DNA from: Silvibacterium sp.
GTDB taxonomy: Bacteria; Acidobacteriota; Terriglobia; Terriglobales; Acidobacteriaceae
NCBI GenBank assembly: GCA_019232935.1
Contig: JAFAMZ010000013.1
Span: 1 to 48,544 of the forward strand
Direction: 5' to 3'
Length of the DNA: 48,544 nt
Notes under the pieces: generated by a model
The model's input: the letters and a program-made list of their open reading frames with translations, nothing else
Told to the model about the DNA's origin: nothing
The model's database searches: none
Translations under genes and position numbers: made by a program
In this document: piece by piece, positions 29,810 through 39,524 of the stretch
How positions within the stretch are numbered: position 1 is the first letter of the stretch
Layout of the letters: each line of letters starts with the position of its first letter

Positions 29810-30691
29810 TCACCGGGCCGCCAGCCGCTTCAATCTTCTCATCGCGCGGTAGCCGCCGCTCTTGATACTGTCAAGCACCGCGGATGTTCCGGGGCGGCGC
29901 GGATGAAGACCGGCTTTGCGCAGGACGTTGTTGATGCGATACGCGTCCGCTTTCGGATCGAAGACGCGTTTGAAGTTCATGCTGAGTGAGACCGATACAG
30001 CAGGGCCGTTCTCAACCCAGTGAGGAAAGATCACCGGATTGCTCACGCCGGTTCCCGGAGACAGCTCAAACCGCCAGGCCTTCTGCTCGAGACTCTCGCG
30101 ATATTTCGGGGCCTTCGTGTCGTCGCCCGACCAGAATTTCTCAAGCTCGATGTCGCTCAGAACCTCCGGATCGTCGCCGTCGAAGATGTGCACCGTTTTC
30201 GAACCCTGGATCTGCAAAAGAAAATTCGCTTCGCCATCGATGTGATAGGGCGTAACCCGCCCCGGCGATGTGATCAGAATGGTCATGACCGGATCGCGGT
30301 AAGTGCGCTTCAGGTCGATGTTGCAAAGGCGGCCGAGCTCATCCATGCAGGCCTGGAGAAAGCTTCGGTACTCGTCATATTCCTGAACGCGCTTCAGCAT
30401 GACCAGAGAATTGGATTCACCAATATTCTCGAGCACCTGGACCAGCGACTTGCCCTCCGGGACCCCCCGCCATTTTTCCCCGGGAGCGGTGCTGCCGGAC
30501 TCGAAGTAGTATCCCCCGGATTTGGCTTCGGCCCGAGCGGCGAGCCTGGAAAGCATCGGCCAGCCGAAAAGCTCAGACTGATGGACCGAGTGGGTCAGCG
30601 GAAAGGGCCGTCGGTCGAACCCGGTCTGAAACGTCTGCTGCGAAGGCAGGTCGCTCGGAAAGTAATGGGGAACAATGGTGACGGCATTCAT
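29810..30691 (-). CDS. JmjC/cupin-like Fe(II)-dependent oxygenase 2 (paralog of 25686-26582)
   Basis: VTPYHIDGEANFLLQIQGSK, LE.FWS, PGTGV..PV.FPHW.ENG, VS.SLS shared with oxygenase 1. Confidence 0.8.
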   Translation of the reverse strand: MNAVTIVPHYFPSDLPSQQTFQTGFDRRPFPLTHSVHQSELFGWPMLSRLAARAEAKSGGYYFESGSTAPGEKWRGVPEGKSLVQVLENIGESNSLVMLKRVQEYDEYRSFLQACMDELGRLCNIDLKRTYRDPVMTILITSPGRVTPYHIDGEANFLLQIQGSKTVHIFDGDDPEVLSDIELEKFWSGDDTKAPKYRESLEQKAWRFELSPGTGVSNPVIFPHWVENGPAVSVSLSMNFKRVFDPKADAYRINNVLRKAGLHPRRPGTSAVLDSIKSGGYRAMRRLKRLAAR

Positions 30692-30898
30692 GAATCTTCC
30701 TTCATTCAGCCAAAGAACAGGCTGCTGCAAAAGAAACTGATCGAGAGATCCGGAGAACCAGAAGAACTAATCCGGGGAACGGAACCAGGTCAAAGGAAGC
30801 GCCTGACCGCAACAATTTGTAACTCTTTCTGCTCTTTGATGGATCGGCGAGCAGAGATATTTGTTTCAGGACAGCATAACGGAGCGGCGAACGCCCAC

Positions 30899-30979
30899 CA
30901 TCCCCATCTGGTAACGGGAAAAGGTAATCTTTTCGTGTGATTTCTACTAATCCCTCGTGCCCGTTACCATTTGGGGATG
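30899..30979. repeat. 20-bp imperfect inverted repeat (18/20) with 41-bp spacer in a divergent intergenic region
   Basis: CATCCCCATCTGGTAACGGG (30899-30918) versus CCCGTTACCATTTGGGGATG (30960-30979). Confidence 0.85.
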
Positions 30980-31402
30980 ATAGATACAGAGCGCGCCTGT
31001 TAGTTTCATCCCATCGATCGAGAGCTTTTGCGATCCGATCGAACTCCAGCCTGGCTGTTTCGCTGGAGAAGTAGCGGTTCGTGCTTCTTGTTGTGCTTGC
31101 CCCCGGTTCTCGCAGTTAGTTGAAAGATCCAGCACCCTCCAAGTTTTCGAGATTCGCTCGGTGTGAGTGATATGGGCGAAGCCTGGTCGAAAGCAGCAAC
31201 CACTACAGCATATTTTTTTGATCCGCCATAGCGGCGAATCTTTGTGACGAGTTGCCTGGCAAAGTTCTCAAAAGACATGCCGCACATCGCCTGCCTCCCT
31301 CCTGGCAACCGCGACCCCCATGCGATGGCACGTTAGATAACCGATTTTACCCAAATCAGTTTTCTTGGGATGAAAGACATCATGGCGGGGAAATCAAATT
31401 AA

Positions 31403-32935
31403 ATGGGCGCTAATTTAGGAATTACCTCTGTCTTTGGTCAACAGGCTGCGAAAACCGATCTGCGGCCGACGAGCCTGAGCGGGCTGAGTTCCGCGAAGAG
31501 AGGCTTGGCCACCCAGCCGGTGGTGAACGCAGTCCTGATGATGGCGACCGATGTGTGCGCGGTCATTGCCGCGGTTTACCTTGCATTGCATCTTCATGCA
31601 GGACATGCGGCTGGCAGCTGGTCCGGGCTGCACCGGGCTATTGCCGCCGGGCCGGCGATGCTGGCGCAGCTTGCCTATGTGTTGTGGTTCATCACCACTC
31701 TGCTGGTTCTAGGCTGGCACGATGGGCTTTACGGACGTCTGCAGAGCGACTCGATTCTTCACGAACAGCGCATGACCGTGCAGGCCTGCCTGAACGCCGG
31801 CCTGCTGCTGTGTGGCGCAATGTACATGACCCACGACGCCACGACGCCACGAGCCGTGGTGATTTCGTTGGTGTGCTTCACTACTCCCCTGCTCTGCCTC
31901 CTGCGCGGATTCTGGCGTTACTCGCTGCATCGTGATTTTCAGAAGGGCATCGGCACACGAAACGTTCTTATCCTCGGCACCGGCCACATGAGTGACGCTG
32001 TGCGCAGGCAGATACTGAAGCATCGCCAGCGCCTGGGGCGCATCTTTAAGGGCTTCGTCGAACTTCCCGGAGAAGCAGCTCCCCACGCCGACTCGAAGGA
32101 GGTCCTCGGCAGTCTTTATCAACTCCGTCATCTGGTCCGCCAGCACTTTGTCGACGAGATCATCATTGCCGGCAGTTGCGACACGGCTCAGGTCCTGGAG
32201 CTGGTCGAGATTGCCGCCGATCTGGGAATCGAAGTGCTCGCCATCCCGGGACTGTTTGAGGACATGGCTCCCGACGCGCAGATCTTCTACCTGGGTGACT
32301 TCCCAGTGATGACGATTCATCGGCGCAACGACCGTGCGCTTGCTCTGTTGCTGAAGAGGGCGGTGGACATTGTGCTCTCGTCGATTCTCCTCGCCATGCT
32401 GGCCCCGCTCTTCGTGGCCATCGCCCTGCTAGTAAAAATGACCTCGCCGGGGCCGGCCTTTTATGTTTCCGAACGCATCGGCAAAAAGGGCAGGGTATTC
32501 CGGCTTTGGAAATTCAGGACGATGAAGTTGGGCGCCGACCGCATGAAGGCCGCTCTGGCTTCAGCAAACGAGCGCAATGGCATTCTCTTCAAGATTAAGA
32601 ACGATCCGCGGGTCACTCCCGTGGGCCGGCTGCTGCGGAAATTCAGTCTGGATGAGCTGCCGCAGCTCTTCAATGTGCTGCTGGGCGACATGAGCCTGGT
32701 GGGGCCGCGACCGCCGCTCGCCAATGAGGTGGCGCAGTATGAGGTGAAGCACTATCGCAGGCTCGACGTCCTGCCAGGCCTTACAGGACTTTGGCAGGTG
32801 CGCGCCAGACACGATCCCTCCTTCGATCAGTATGTGGCGTTGGACATCGCTTACGTCGAGAACTGGAATTTCTGGATGGACCTGAAAATCCTGGTCCGGA
32901 CTGCAGAGGTGGTTTTGCGGGGCACAGGCTCCTAG
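31403..32935 (+). CDS. Priming polyprenyl-phosphate sugar phosphotransferase (WcaJ/WbaP family)
   Basis: N-terminal TMs, VLILG.G nucleotide-binding-like domain, KRAVD, KFRTM, DPRVT, LDELPQL.NVL.GDMSLVGPRP, PGLTGLWQV. Confidence 0.93.
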   Translation: MGANLGITSVFGQQAAKTDLRPTSLSGLSSAKRGLATQPVVNAVLMMATDVCAVIAAVYLALHLHAGHAAGSWSGLHRAIAAGPAMLAQLAYVLWFITTLLVLGWHDGLYGRLQSDSILHEQRMTVQACLNAGLLLCGAMYMTHDATTPRAVVISLVCFTTPLLCLLRGFWRYSLHRDFQKGIGTRNVLILGTGHMSDAVRRQILKHRQRLGRIFKGFVELPGEAAPHADSKEVLGSLYQLRHLVRQHFVDEIIIAGSCDTAQVLELVEIAADLGIEVLAIPGLFEDMAPDAQIFYLGDFPVMTIHRRNDRALALLLKRAVDIVLSSILLAMLAPLFVAIALLVKMTSPGPAFYVSERIGKKGRVFRLWKFRTMKLGADRMKAALASANERNGILFKIKNDPRVTPVGRLLRKFSLDELPQLFNVLLGDMSLVGPRPPLANEVAQYEVKHYRRLDVLPGLTGLWQVRARHDPSFDQYVALDIAYVENWNFWMDLKILVRTAEVVLRGTGS

Positions 32936-33088
32936 CAAAGCACGCTGAAAGGCAAAACAAGCCGACTCTTCTTCAGGTCTCCAAATCCGCTGAACGCATC
33001 AAGGGACCCCCAGTATTTAAATCCCCCAACGAATTCAAATCTTTACTCGGCTCGAACCTCGGGGCGGGCTGCTGGGGCAGAAGGGGCA

Positions 33089-34003
33089 ATGCGTATTTTG
33101 TTGACTGGGTCGAACGGGCAATTGGGCTCAGAGTTCCGTACGCTCGACAGGAGCGCGGCAGAAGTCATCTCTACGGGAAGCCGTGAACTGGACCTCACCG
33201 ACGAGCAGGAGATCCGGCATTTTGTGCGTGACGCGAAGCCGTCGGTAATCATCAACACCGCGGCTTTCAGCGATATGGATGCGGCCGAGCGGAACTGGGA
33301 CGCGTGCTTCGCCCTGAACGCCATGGCTCCCGTAGTGCTGGCCGAGGAAGCCCATCGGCTGGACGCGCTTCTCATTCACTACTCCACCGACCAGGTCTTC
33401 GATGGTTCCAAGACGGAGCCGTACCTCGAATGCGATCGCACATCCCCTCTAAACGTTTACGGAGCGTCTAAGCTTGCCGGCGAACAGGGCATCGCATCGA
33501 GTTTTGCGCGAGCGCTTATCCTGCGGCTGGGATGGATCTACAGCGCGCGGGGCGAGAACTTCCTGCGTTCCATCCTGCGGCTCTCCCGATACAGCAACGA
33601 ACTGCATGTGGCCGCCGATCAGATCGGCGCCCCTACATCGACGAAGGCTGTGGCGCGCGCCACCGAGCGGCTGGTGCACATGTATAACGGCTCCCGCAAG
33701 ACCGATTTTCCCACGGGAATCTTCCATCTGACGGCACAAGGCGCCACTACCTGGCATGGGTTCGCCGAGACCATTCTCTCAATGGCGCCTGCGGCGAGGC
33801 GACCGCTCGTCACCCCAACTGAAACGGCAGAAAACGCCTCCTTCGCGAAGAGGCCGAGATATTGCCTCCTCTCCTGCCGCAAATTTGTCGCTACTTTCGG
33901 GTTTGAGCTGTCTCCATGGGAGGAACAGCTCGAAGAAGTCCTGCACGAGGTTCGGGATTTAAATACCTCGTGGGAGCTGATCGGGTGCGACGAAGCTATC
34001 TGA
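33089..34003 (+). CDS. dTDP-4-dehydrorhamnose reductase-like SDR (RmlD/RfbD family)
   Basis: GSNGQLG, HYSTD, YGASKLAGE, DQIGAPT, AKRP motifs. Confidence 0.85.
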   Translation: MRILLTGSNGQLGSEFRTLDRSAAEVISTGSRELDLTDEQEIRHFVRDAKPSVIINTAAFSDMDAAERNWDACFALNAMAPVVLAEEAHRLDALLIHYSTDQVFDGSKTEPYLECDRTSPLNVYGASKLAGEQGIASSFARALILRLGWIYSARGENFLRSILRLSRYSNELHVAADQIGAPTSTKAVARATERLVHMYNGSRKTDFPTGIFHLTAQGATTWHGFAETILSMAPAARRPLVTPTETAENASFAKRPRYCLLSCRKFVATFGFELSPWEEQLEEVLHEVRDLNTSWELIGCDEAI

Positions 34004-34008
34004 GGCTT

Positions 34009-34452
34009 CTATCGCGAGCGGTAATCGAAAGCCACGCTGCAAGCTCGTGAACCATTATCTTTCCAAATGCTTCCGTCGGCAAAGGTGGCTTCCAGCAGAG
34101 TGACCCTTTCGCCGGAACGATGGATATCGACCGAGGCCGGATCGAGCTTCCAAAGTCGGGCACGCGCCGGTTCGCCGGGCGGAATTCCACGACGATATTC
34201 AAACGGGTAAGGGTAAGGAGTCGGATTCCCGCCGGAGTCGAAAACGGCAAGCGAAAACACAAAGCCTGTAACGGTCTTTCTTGTTTGATTGGCAAAAGCC
34301 AGCCTCATTTGCGGCACGGATTCGCCGCCCGCGTGGTCATACCGCACGTCTACCCGCTCGAAGCCGACTGGGCATTTTGAATTGTCTACTGAGCTCTGAG
34401 CTGAAGCCGCGCCGCAAAAGCACGCCGTCAGAAACAGCAGCGCCTTTCTCAT
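34009..34452 (-). CDS. Hypothetical secreted protein
   Basis: Signal peptide MRKALLFLTACFCGAASAQ; beta-rich; FADGSIW near the C-terminus; fits the gap between flanking genes. Confidence 0.7.
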   Translation of the reverse strand: MRKALLFLTACFCGAASAQSSVDNSKCPVGFERVDVRYDHAGGESVPQMRLAFANQTRKTVTGFVFSLAVFDSGGNPTPYPYPFEYRRGIPPGEPARARLWKLDPASVDIHRSGERVTLLEATFADGSIWKDNGSRACSVAFDYRSR

Positions 34453-34655
34453 ACCGTGCCTTTCCGAGGCTGATTATAGGCTCCCACAAAAGTGTTACTT
34501 CCAATTTGCTTTTCGGGAGCAACGTTTTCACGGAAACAGACACTAACAATTGGGGGCCAGCCATTCCCCGAGCGCAATGCTGACTCTTCCGTTTCCGGTT
34601 ACCCGAACCGGCCATTTACTCAATTTTGAATCAGTGTTACCCAGATAAAGTGTCC

Positions 34656-37600
34656 ATGGAGCCCCTGGTGCCGCACCCTTCCCCACTCCCCGAAACTTCT
34701 GATCAGGGCCACACAGAGAGGAAGGCGGCCCCAGAGGAGTTGATACGCCGCCTTCCAGCTGAGCGCCGCTGCTCCCCGGGAGAAGGGCCGGCCTTCACCA
34801 CGCTGGAACTGACCGGGGAACACCGCGACATTCTCGTCCGGGCATCTGCAGAATTGAATGCTTCAATCGACGACTTCCTGCTGGCCGGCTTCGCCGGTCT
34901 GCTTGCCCGGCTGGGGTGGCAGGAGAGAATCGCCATTGTTTGTCATACGCCCGAACCGTGTGTCGCCGCCTTCGTCTGGGAAAACGGTCTCGGCTTCAAG
35001 GCGGCGCTTGCCAAAATACGAATCGAGAAGCTTGCCGGCAATGCGGCGCCTTGCGATGGCGCCGCCTATCAGTTCCTGGGAACCCGGTCCCGCGCCGTGC
35101 CACACGAGGGCGCGGCCCTGAGGCTGACAGCCAAGGAAGAGCAGGGAGTGCTCAGACTTGTCCTGGCCAGCTCGAATGGATGGTGGTCTGAAAGAACGCT
35201 TAACGGCTGGCTAGCATTGTTGCGGAACCTTCTGCTTGCTGGCGCGCAGTCGCCCGACTCTCCCCTCAGCACGCTGTCCCTGCTCGATGAGGCCGAAATT
35301 CTGCGCTTTTACCGCGGGCTGAATAGCACCGAAAGGGAGTATGACAGCCGAGTCACCGTACCAGATCTGATCGCCCGTCAGGCCGAGCGCAATCCCGATG
35401 CGATTGCCGTGAAATTCGGCGCTCGGCAACTGACTTACCGGGAACTCGAACTTCAATCGACCTTACGGGCGCAGCATCTGGTGTCGATCGGTGCCGGTCG
35501 GGACCGCCCCATTGCGATATGCATGGAGCGGTCGGAGCAGCTTCCCGTGGCGCTGCTGGCCATCCTCAAGTCGGGCTCGTGCTACGTGCCGCTCGATCCG
35601 CATCACCCCCGGCAACGGCTCGCGTCAACGCTGGAAGAGTGCAAGCCGGTAGCTGTTCTGTCGGATATGGCCACAGAACCCTCGCTCGGCGAGATGCCCT
35701 CGCCGGTGCTGTGCATGGACCGCGAATGGCCCGGGCATGAGCAGCCGAAGATCGAGTTGCAAGCGCCTTCTCCCGAAAACCTAGCCTACATTATTTACAC
35801 CTCCGGCTCGACCGGGAAGCCCAAGGGTGTGCCTATCCGTCATCGGTCGCTGGTCAATCTCTTCGACCCCGGATCGGGAATGCCGAAAATCGTTCCTGGC
35901 GACCGCGTGCTGGCCATCACCACTATCGCGTTCGATATCGCCACGATGGACATGTTGATGCCGCTCGCTTCGGGCGCAACCCTCATCGTTGCCGATCGGT
36001 TCGCGGCGGGAGATGCTTTCGAACTGACCCGCCTTCTTGAGGAAAATGACGCCACGCTCATGCAGGCGACGCCATGCACCTGGAGACTGCTGGTTAGCTC
36101 CGGATGGAGCGGCAAAGCGAATCTCAGGATGATATCCGGCGGGGAGGCCCTTCCCCGGGACCTGGCCAATCAGCTTCTGCCGTTGGGTAAGGAACTATGG
36201 AATTGCTACGGCCCGACTGAAACCACAATCTATTCGGGGGCCATTCGTGTCGAGGGCGAGAATGGCATTGTGCCGCTGGGGCCTCCAATTGCCAACACCA
36301 CCTTCTATGTCCTGGACGAAGCCGGAAAGCCGTTGCCGCCCGGCTTCCCGGGAGAACTTTGCATCGGCGGGGTGGGGGTAAGCCCGGGTTACCTGGATCG
36401 CCCCGAGTTGACGGCGCGGCGATTCATACCTGATCCATTCTCTTCCGAACCAGGCGCTACCCTCTTTCGCACCGGAGACCTGGTGCGCGCGCTCGATACG
36501 CTCCCATCCGGCTATGAGCTGGAGTTTATGGGCCGGCTCGATCATCAGGTCAAGCTGCGCGGCTACCGCATCGAACTGGCTGAAATCGAGTCGGTCCTGC
36601 GTTCGCACACCTCGATCCAGAATGCAGCCGTTATCCTGCGACAGGACGTTGAGGGCGAGCCCAGACTGGTGGCCTACGTAACTCTCGCTGCCGGGCAGTT
36701 GCTGAAGCCGAAAGAATTAAAGCAGTACGCCGGGCAATACTTGCCGGAGTACATGCTTCCTGCGCGCATCGCGCGCCTGGACGCCCTGCCGCTTACCGGC
36801 AGCGGCAAAATTGATCGTCGGGCCCTTCCGATCCCGGAGACCCTGCCGGGGCAGGAGGAGGAACTGCCGGAAGCCGCGAACGTCGCTCCGGCCACCGAAC
36901 TCGAAGCCAAACTCCTTGAAATCTTCCGTCAGGTTCTGGGCCGGCCGGGCATTGGTGTGACCGACAGCTTCTTCGATTATGGAGGCTATTCGCTGCTCAC
37001 GGCCCGGCTTTTCGTGCGCATTCATCGCCTTCTGGGCAAAAAGCTGCCGATCAGTCTTCTATTTGACGCACCCACCCCGCGCAAACTGGCAGAGGTCCTC
37101 GGCAAAGGTGAGCCGCTGCCGATGCTCGTTCCCATCCGGAAAGAAGGCAGAGGGGCTCCGCTGTTCGTGATCCATTCCTACCTGATCTACGCAGCGCTCT
37201 GCGAAGCCATCGAGGAAGACCGCCCCATCTTCGGCGTGCGCGAGCTTGACGATTCCGGGCCGGCCGTATCGCTCGAAGACCGAGCCGCGCTGTACGCACG
37301 CGAGATCAACCGGGTCTACCCGGACGGGCCGCTGAGTCTGGTGGGCTGGTGCCTCGCCGGATCGCTCACCGTGGAAGTCGCGCGGCAATTGCGTGAGCGG
37401 GGAAGAATCGTGGCTGTGCTCGCGCTGTTCGATTCGGAGTGTCCGGGTTACAAGCTTCGAAGCGAAGATGGAACCAGCCTGCTGAAAGCCAAGCTGGCCA
37501 GCTTCGCAAAATTCCATTCTGAGCGGCTCCGGGGCCTGGATTGGGCAGGACGGCTGCGCTATCTGTCTGCCAGTACATCGCGGCGCTGGAACGATGCGCT

Positions 37601-37982
37601 TGAATCCGTTGGCGTCCATCGCCGCGCGGCAGCTCGATGGCTGGAGCGGAAGCTTACATTCGCCCCCGGAGCCATTCGAGAGCGCCTTGCGCTGCTCGGG
37701 GCCGACGACCTGCGCCCTAGCACGCCACAAACCTATCCCGGAAAAATCATTCTCTTTCGGCCCTCGGACGTAGTGCAGGTTTCGGGATGCGAGCCTTCGC
37801 TCGGCTGGTCCTGCGTCGCCAGAGAAGGAGTGGTGGTCGAGTTCGCCCCGGGGGATCACGAATCCATGTTCCGGAAGCCCCACCTGCCACAGTTCGGCGA
37901 GATGCTTACGCGTGTGCTGCGTGAGGGCGAAGCCGCCTGCTTCCCCGGCGGGACCGCGCATCAGGCAGAGCTGAGCGCCTGA
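34656..37982 (+). CDS. NRPS-like protein: C-domain remnant - A (Gly-like code) - T - TE(Cys)
   Basis: A motifs YTSGSTGKPKG, FDI, NCYGPTE, GEL.IGG, RTGD, KLRGYRIE, GKIDR; T motif FFDYGGYSL; TE GWCLAG, LFDS, PGDH; no HHxxxDG. Confidence 0.92.
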   Translation: MEPLVPHPSPLPETSDQGHTERKAAPEELIRRLPAERRCSPGEGPAFTTLELTGEHRDILVRASAELNASIDDFLLAGFAGLLARLGWQERIAIVCHTPEPCVAAFVWENGLGFKAALAKIRIEKLAGNAAPCDGAAYQFLGTRSRAVPHEGAALRLTAKEEQGVLRLVLASSNGWWSERTLNGWLALLRNLLLAGAQSPDSPLSTLSLLDEAEILRFYRGLNSTEREYDSRVTVPDLIARQAERNPDAIAVKFGARQLTYRELELQSTLRAQHLVSIGAGRDRPIAICMERSEQLPVALLAILKSGSCYVPLDPHHPRQRLASTLEECKPVAVLSDMATEPSLGEMPSPVLCMDREWPGHEQPKIELQAPSPENLAYIIYTSGSTGKPKGVPIRHRSLVNLFDPGSGMPKIVPGDRVLAITTIAFDIATMDMLMPLASGATLIVADRFAAGDAFELTRLLEENDATLMQATPCTWRLLVSSGWSGKANLRMISGGEALPRDLANQLLPLGKELWNCYGPTETTIYSGAIRVEGENGIVPLGPPIANTTFYVLDEAGKPLPPGFPGELCIGGVGVSPGYLDRPELTARRFIPDPFSSEPGATLFRTGDLVRALDTLPSGYELEFMGRLDHQVKLRGYRIELAEIESVLRSHTSIQNAAVILRQDVEGEPRLVAYVTLAAGQLLKPKELKQYAGQYLPEYMLPARIARLDALPLTGSGKIDRRALPIPETLPGQEEELPEAANVAPATELEAKLLEIFRQVLGRPGIGVTDSFFDYGGYSLLTARLFVRIHRLLGKKLPISLLFDAPTPRKLAEVLGKGEPLPMLVPIRKEGRGAPLFVIHSYLIYAALCEAIEEDRPIFGVRELDDSGPAVSLEDRAALYAREINRVYPDGPLSLVGWCLAGSLTVEVARQLRERGRIVAVLALFDSECPGYKLRSEDGTSLLKAKLASFAKFHSERLRGLDWAGRLRYLSASTSRRWNDALESVGVHRRAAARWLERKLTFAPGAIRERLALLGADDLRPSTPQTYPGKIILFRPSDVVQVSGCEPSLGWSCVAREGVVVEFAPGDHESMFRKPHLPQFGEMLTRVLREGEAACFPGGTAHQAELSA

Positions 37983-38007
37983 CGCGGCGCGGAAACGTGA
38001 CGGTCCA

Positions 38008-39462
38008 CTATCCCCGTGGCGCGTCGTTCAGCTGAACGACGGGGCCTTCGATGATCGGCAGTTTCTTCTGCTGATGCGGGCCATCTGAAAGCATCGCACG
38101 CGGCGGCTCAATGTCCATATGGAGAGCACTGGTCGCCGCTTCCCAGGTACTCATGCCTCCCATGACCACCAGCAGCGGCAGGATCATCGAATTATTGAGC
38201 AGGTTGTCGATAGCGGTCATGAGCACGACGGCTACGAACGCATGTCTGAGGTTCATGTCTTCGATATCGGAGCGCGCCATGGGAAACCACACTACGCGCA
38301 CAATGGGAACGATCTGCAGCGCCTCGAGAGCTAAGAGTCCGAAGATTCCGTACATGCCAAAGGCCAGCAGCCATAATCCGGAAGGCCGCAGGCCGCTGTT
38401 GCGCCACCAGTCCCACTCACTGGACCCCAGGATGGGCTGCTCCAGGGCCGCGTCCACACTTCGCTCGTCCATTTCAAGCCGCATCATAAGTGAGCCGCGG
38501 CCGGCACTCTTGAGGAACGCAGCCGTCGAGCGCACGACTGGGCTGCGCTTGAGGAGGCTGCGGACAGAAACCGTCTTGGTCAGGCGGACACCAGCGAACA
38601 GAAGAATCCCGAGTACCAGCAGAATGGCGAAGACGCGCGGGAAATTCCGGCGGCTGACAAACACAAATGGAAGAAGTCCAAAAAGAAGCAGGATGCTGCC
38701 GCCAGATTGGCAGAGCAGCGCGGCTGCCACGAGAATCGCTGCTGCCCACCTGGTGGGAATGCCAAGCACGCGGTCGACCGTACGGCGCATCCAGAGCCAG
38801 ACAGCGATAAGGGCCGAAGTACACATCCAGATGCCAAGCTGCGTGCCCGTCTCGAGCAGTCCGATCGGCCTATATCCGATATAGCGATGCACCCTGACCC
38901 AGCGGTATGGCTGGTATCCGTAGAGATGTGCGTAAATCTGCGGCCCCGCCGCCGCCTCAAACAGACAGACGGGCAGGTAAAGCAGGCCCGCTATGACGAA
39001 CGCCCTGGCTGCGAGCCGCAGTGAGTCTGTCTCGGAGAAATAAACTCTGCCGATCACCCAGGGGACACCCCATGCCAGAATCTGGTAAAGCTCGCCCGCC
39101 ATGGCGTCGCCGAAGAACTCCGGGTTGGCGATTGCGGAAAGCAACGGAACGACGCACCAGACCAACATCGGCAGATCCCAGAAGGTGAGTCGAAACGCAC
39201 GAAAGCTGCGCCGGTCGAGCACCAGCAGCCATAGCAGTCCCGTGAGCGAGGTGACGGTCGCCTTGGTGAGAAAGTAGCCCGTGTATAAACCATTGCCGAG
39301 AATCCAGTAGGGCGAAGGCTCGCCATAAAAGCGGGCCACCGGCAGGACGGCCCAGCCGCCGAGAAAGTTGAGCAGAATGGCAACACGAATGGGATAGCGC
39401 CGGAAGAAAACCAGCGACACGAATACCCATGCGATGAAAGCCAGCAAAGGGGGGAGAATCAA
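38008..39462 (-). CDS. Multi-TM Wzy polymerase / O-antigen ligase-like membrane protein
   Basis: About 12 TM segments; periplasmic YRPIG loop, SL..R..M loop and PILG motif resembling the WaaL/Wzy_C fold; polysaccharide-locus context. Confidence 0.6.
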   Translation of the reverse strand: MILPPLLAFIAWVFVSLVFFRRYPIRVAILLNFLGGWAVLPVARFYGEPSPYWILGNGLYTGYFLTKATVTSLTGLLWLLVLDRRSFRAFRLTFWDLPMLVWCVVPLLSAIANPEFFGDAMAGELYQILAWGVPWVIGRVYFSETDSLRLAARAFVIAGLLYLPVCLFEAAAGPQIYAHLYGYQPYRWVRVHRYIGYRPIGLLETGTQLGIWMCTSALIAVWLWMRRTVDRVLGIPTRWAAAILVAAALLCQSGGSILLLFGLLPFVFVSRRNFPRVFAILLVLGILLFAGVRLTKTVSVRSLLKRSPVVRSTAAFLKSAGRGSLMMRLEMDERSVDAALEQPILGSSEWDWWRNSGLRPSGLWLLAFGMYGIFGLLALEALQIVPIVRVVWFPMARSDIEDMNLRHAFVAVVLMTAIDNLLNNSMILPLLVVMGGMSTWEAATSALHMDIEPPRAMLSDGPHQQKKLPIIEGPVVQLNDAPRG

Positions 39463-39524
39463 GGGGCTCTCACTTTCGAAAAAATCAGGCCTGATTTAAC
39501 AGCCCCTACTATAAGGGATGGACC

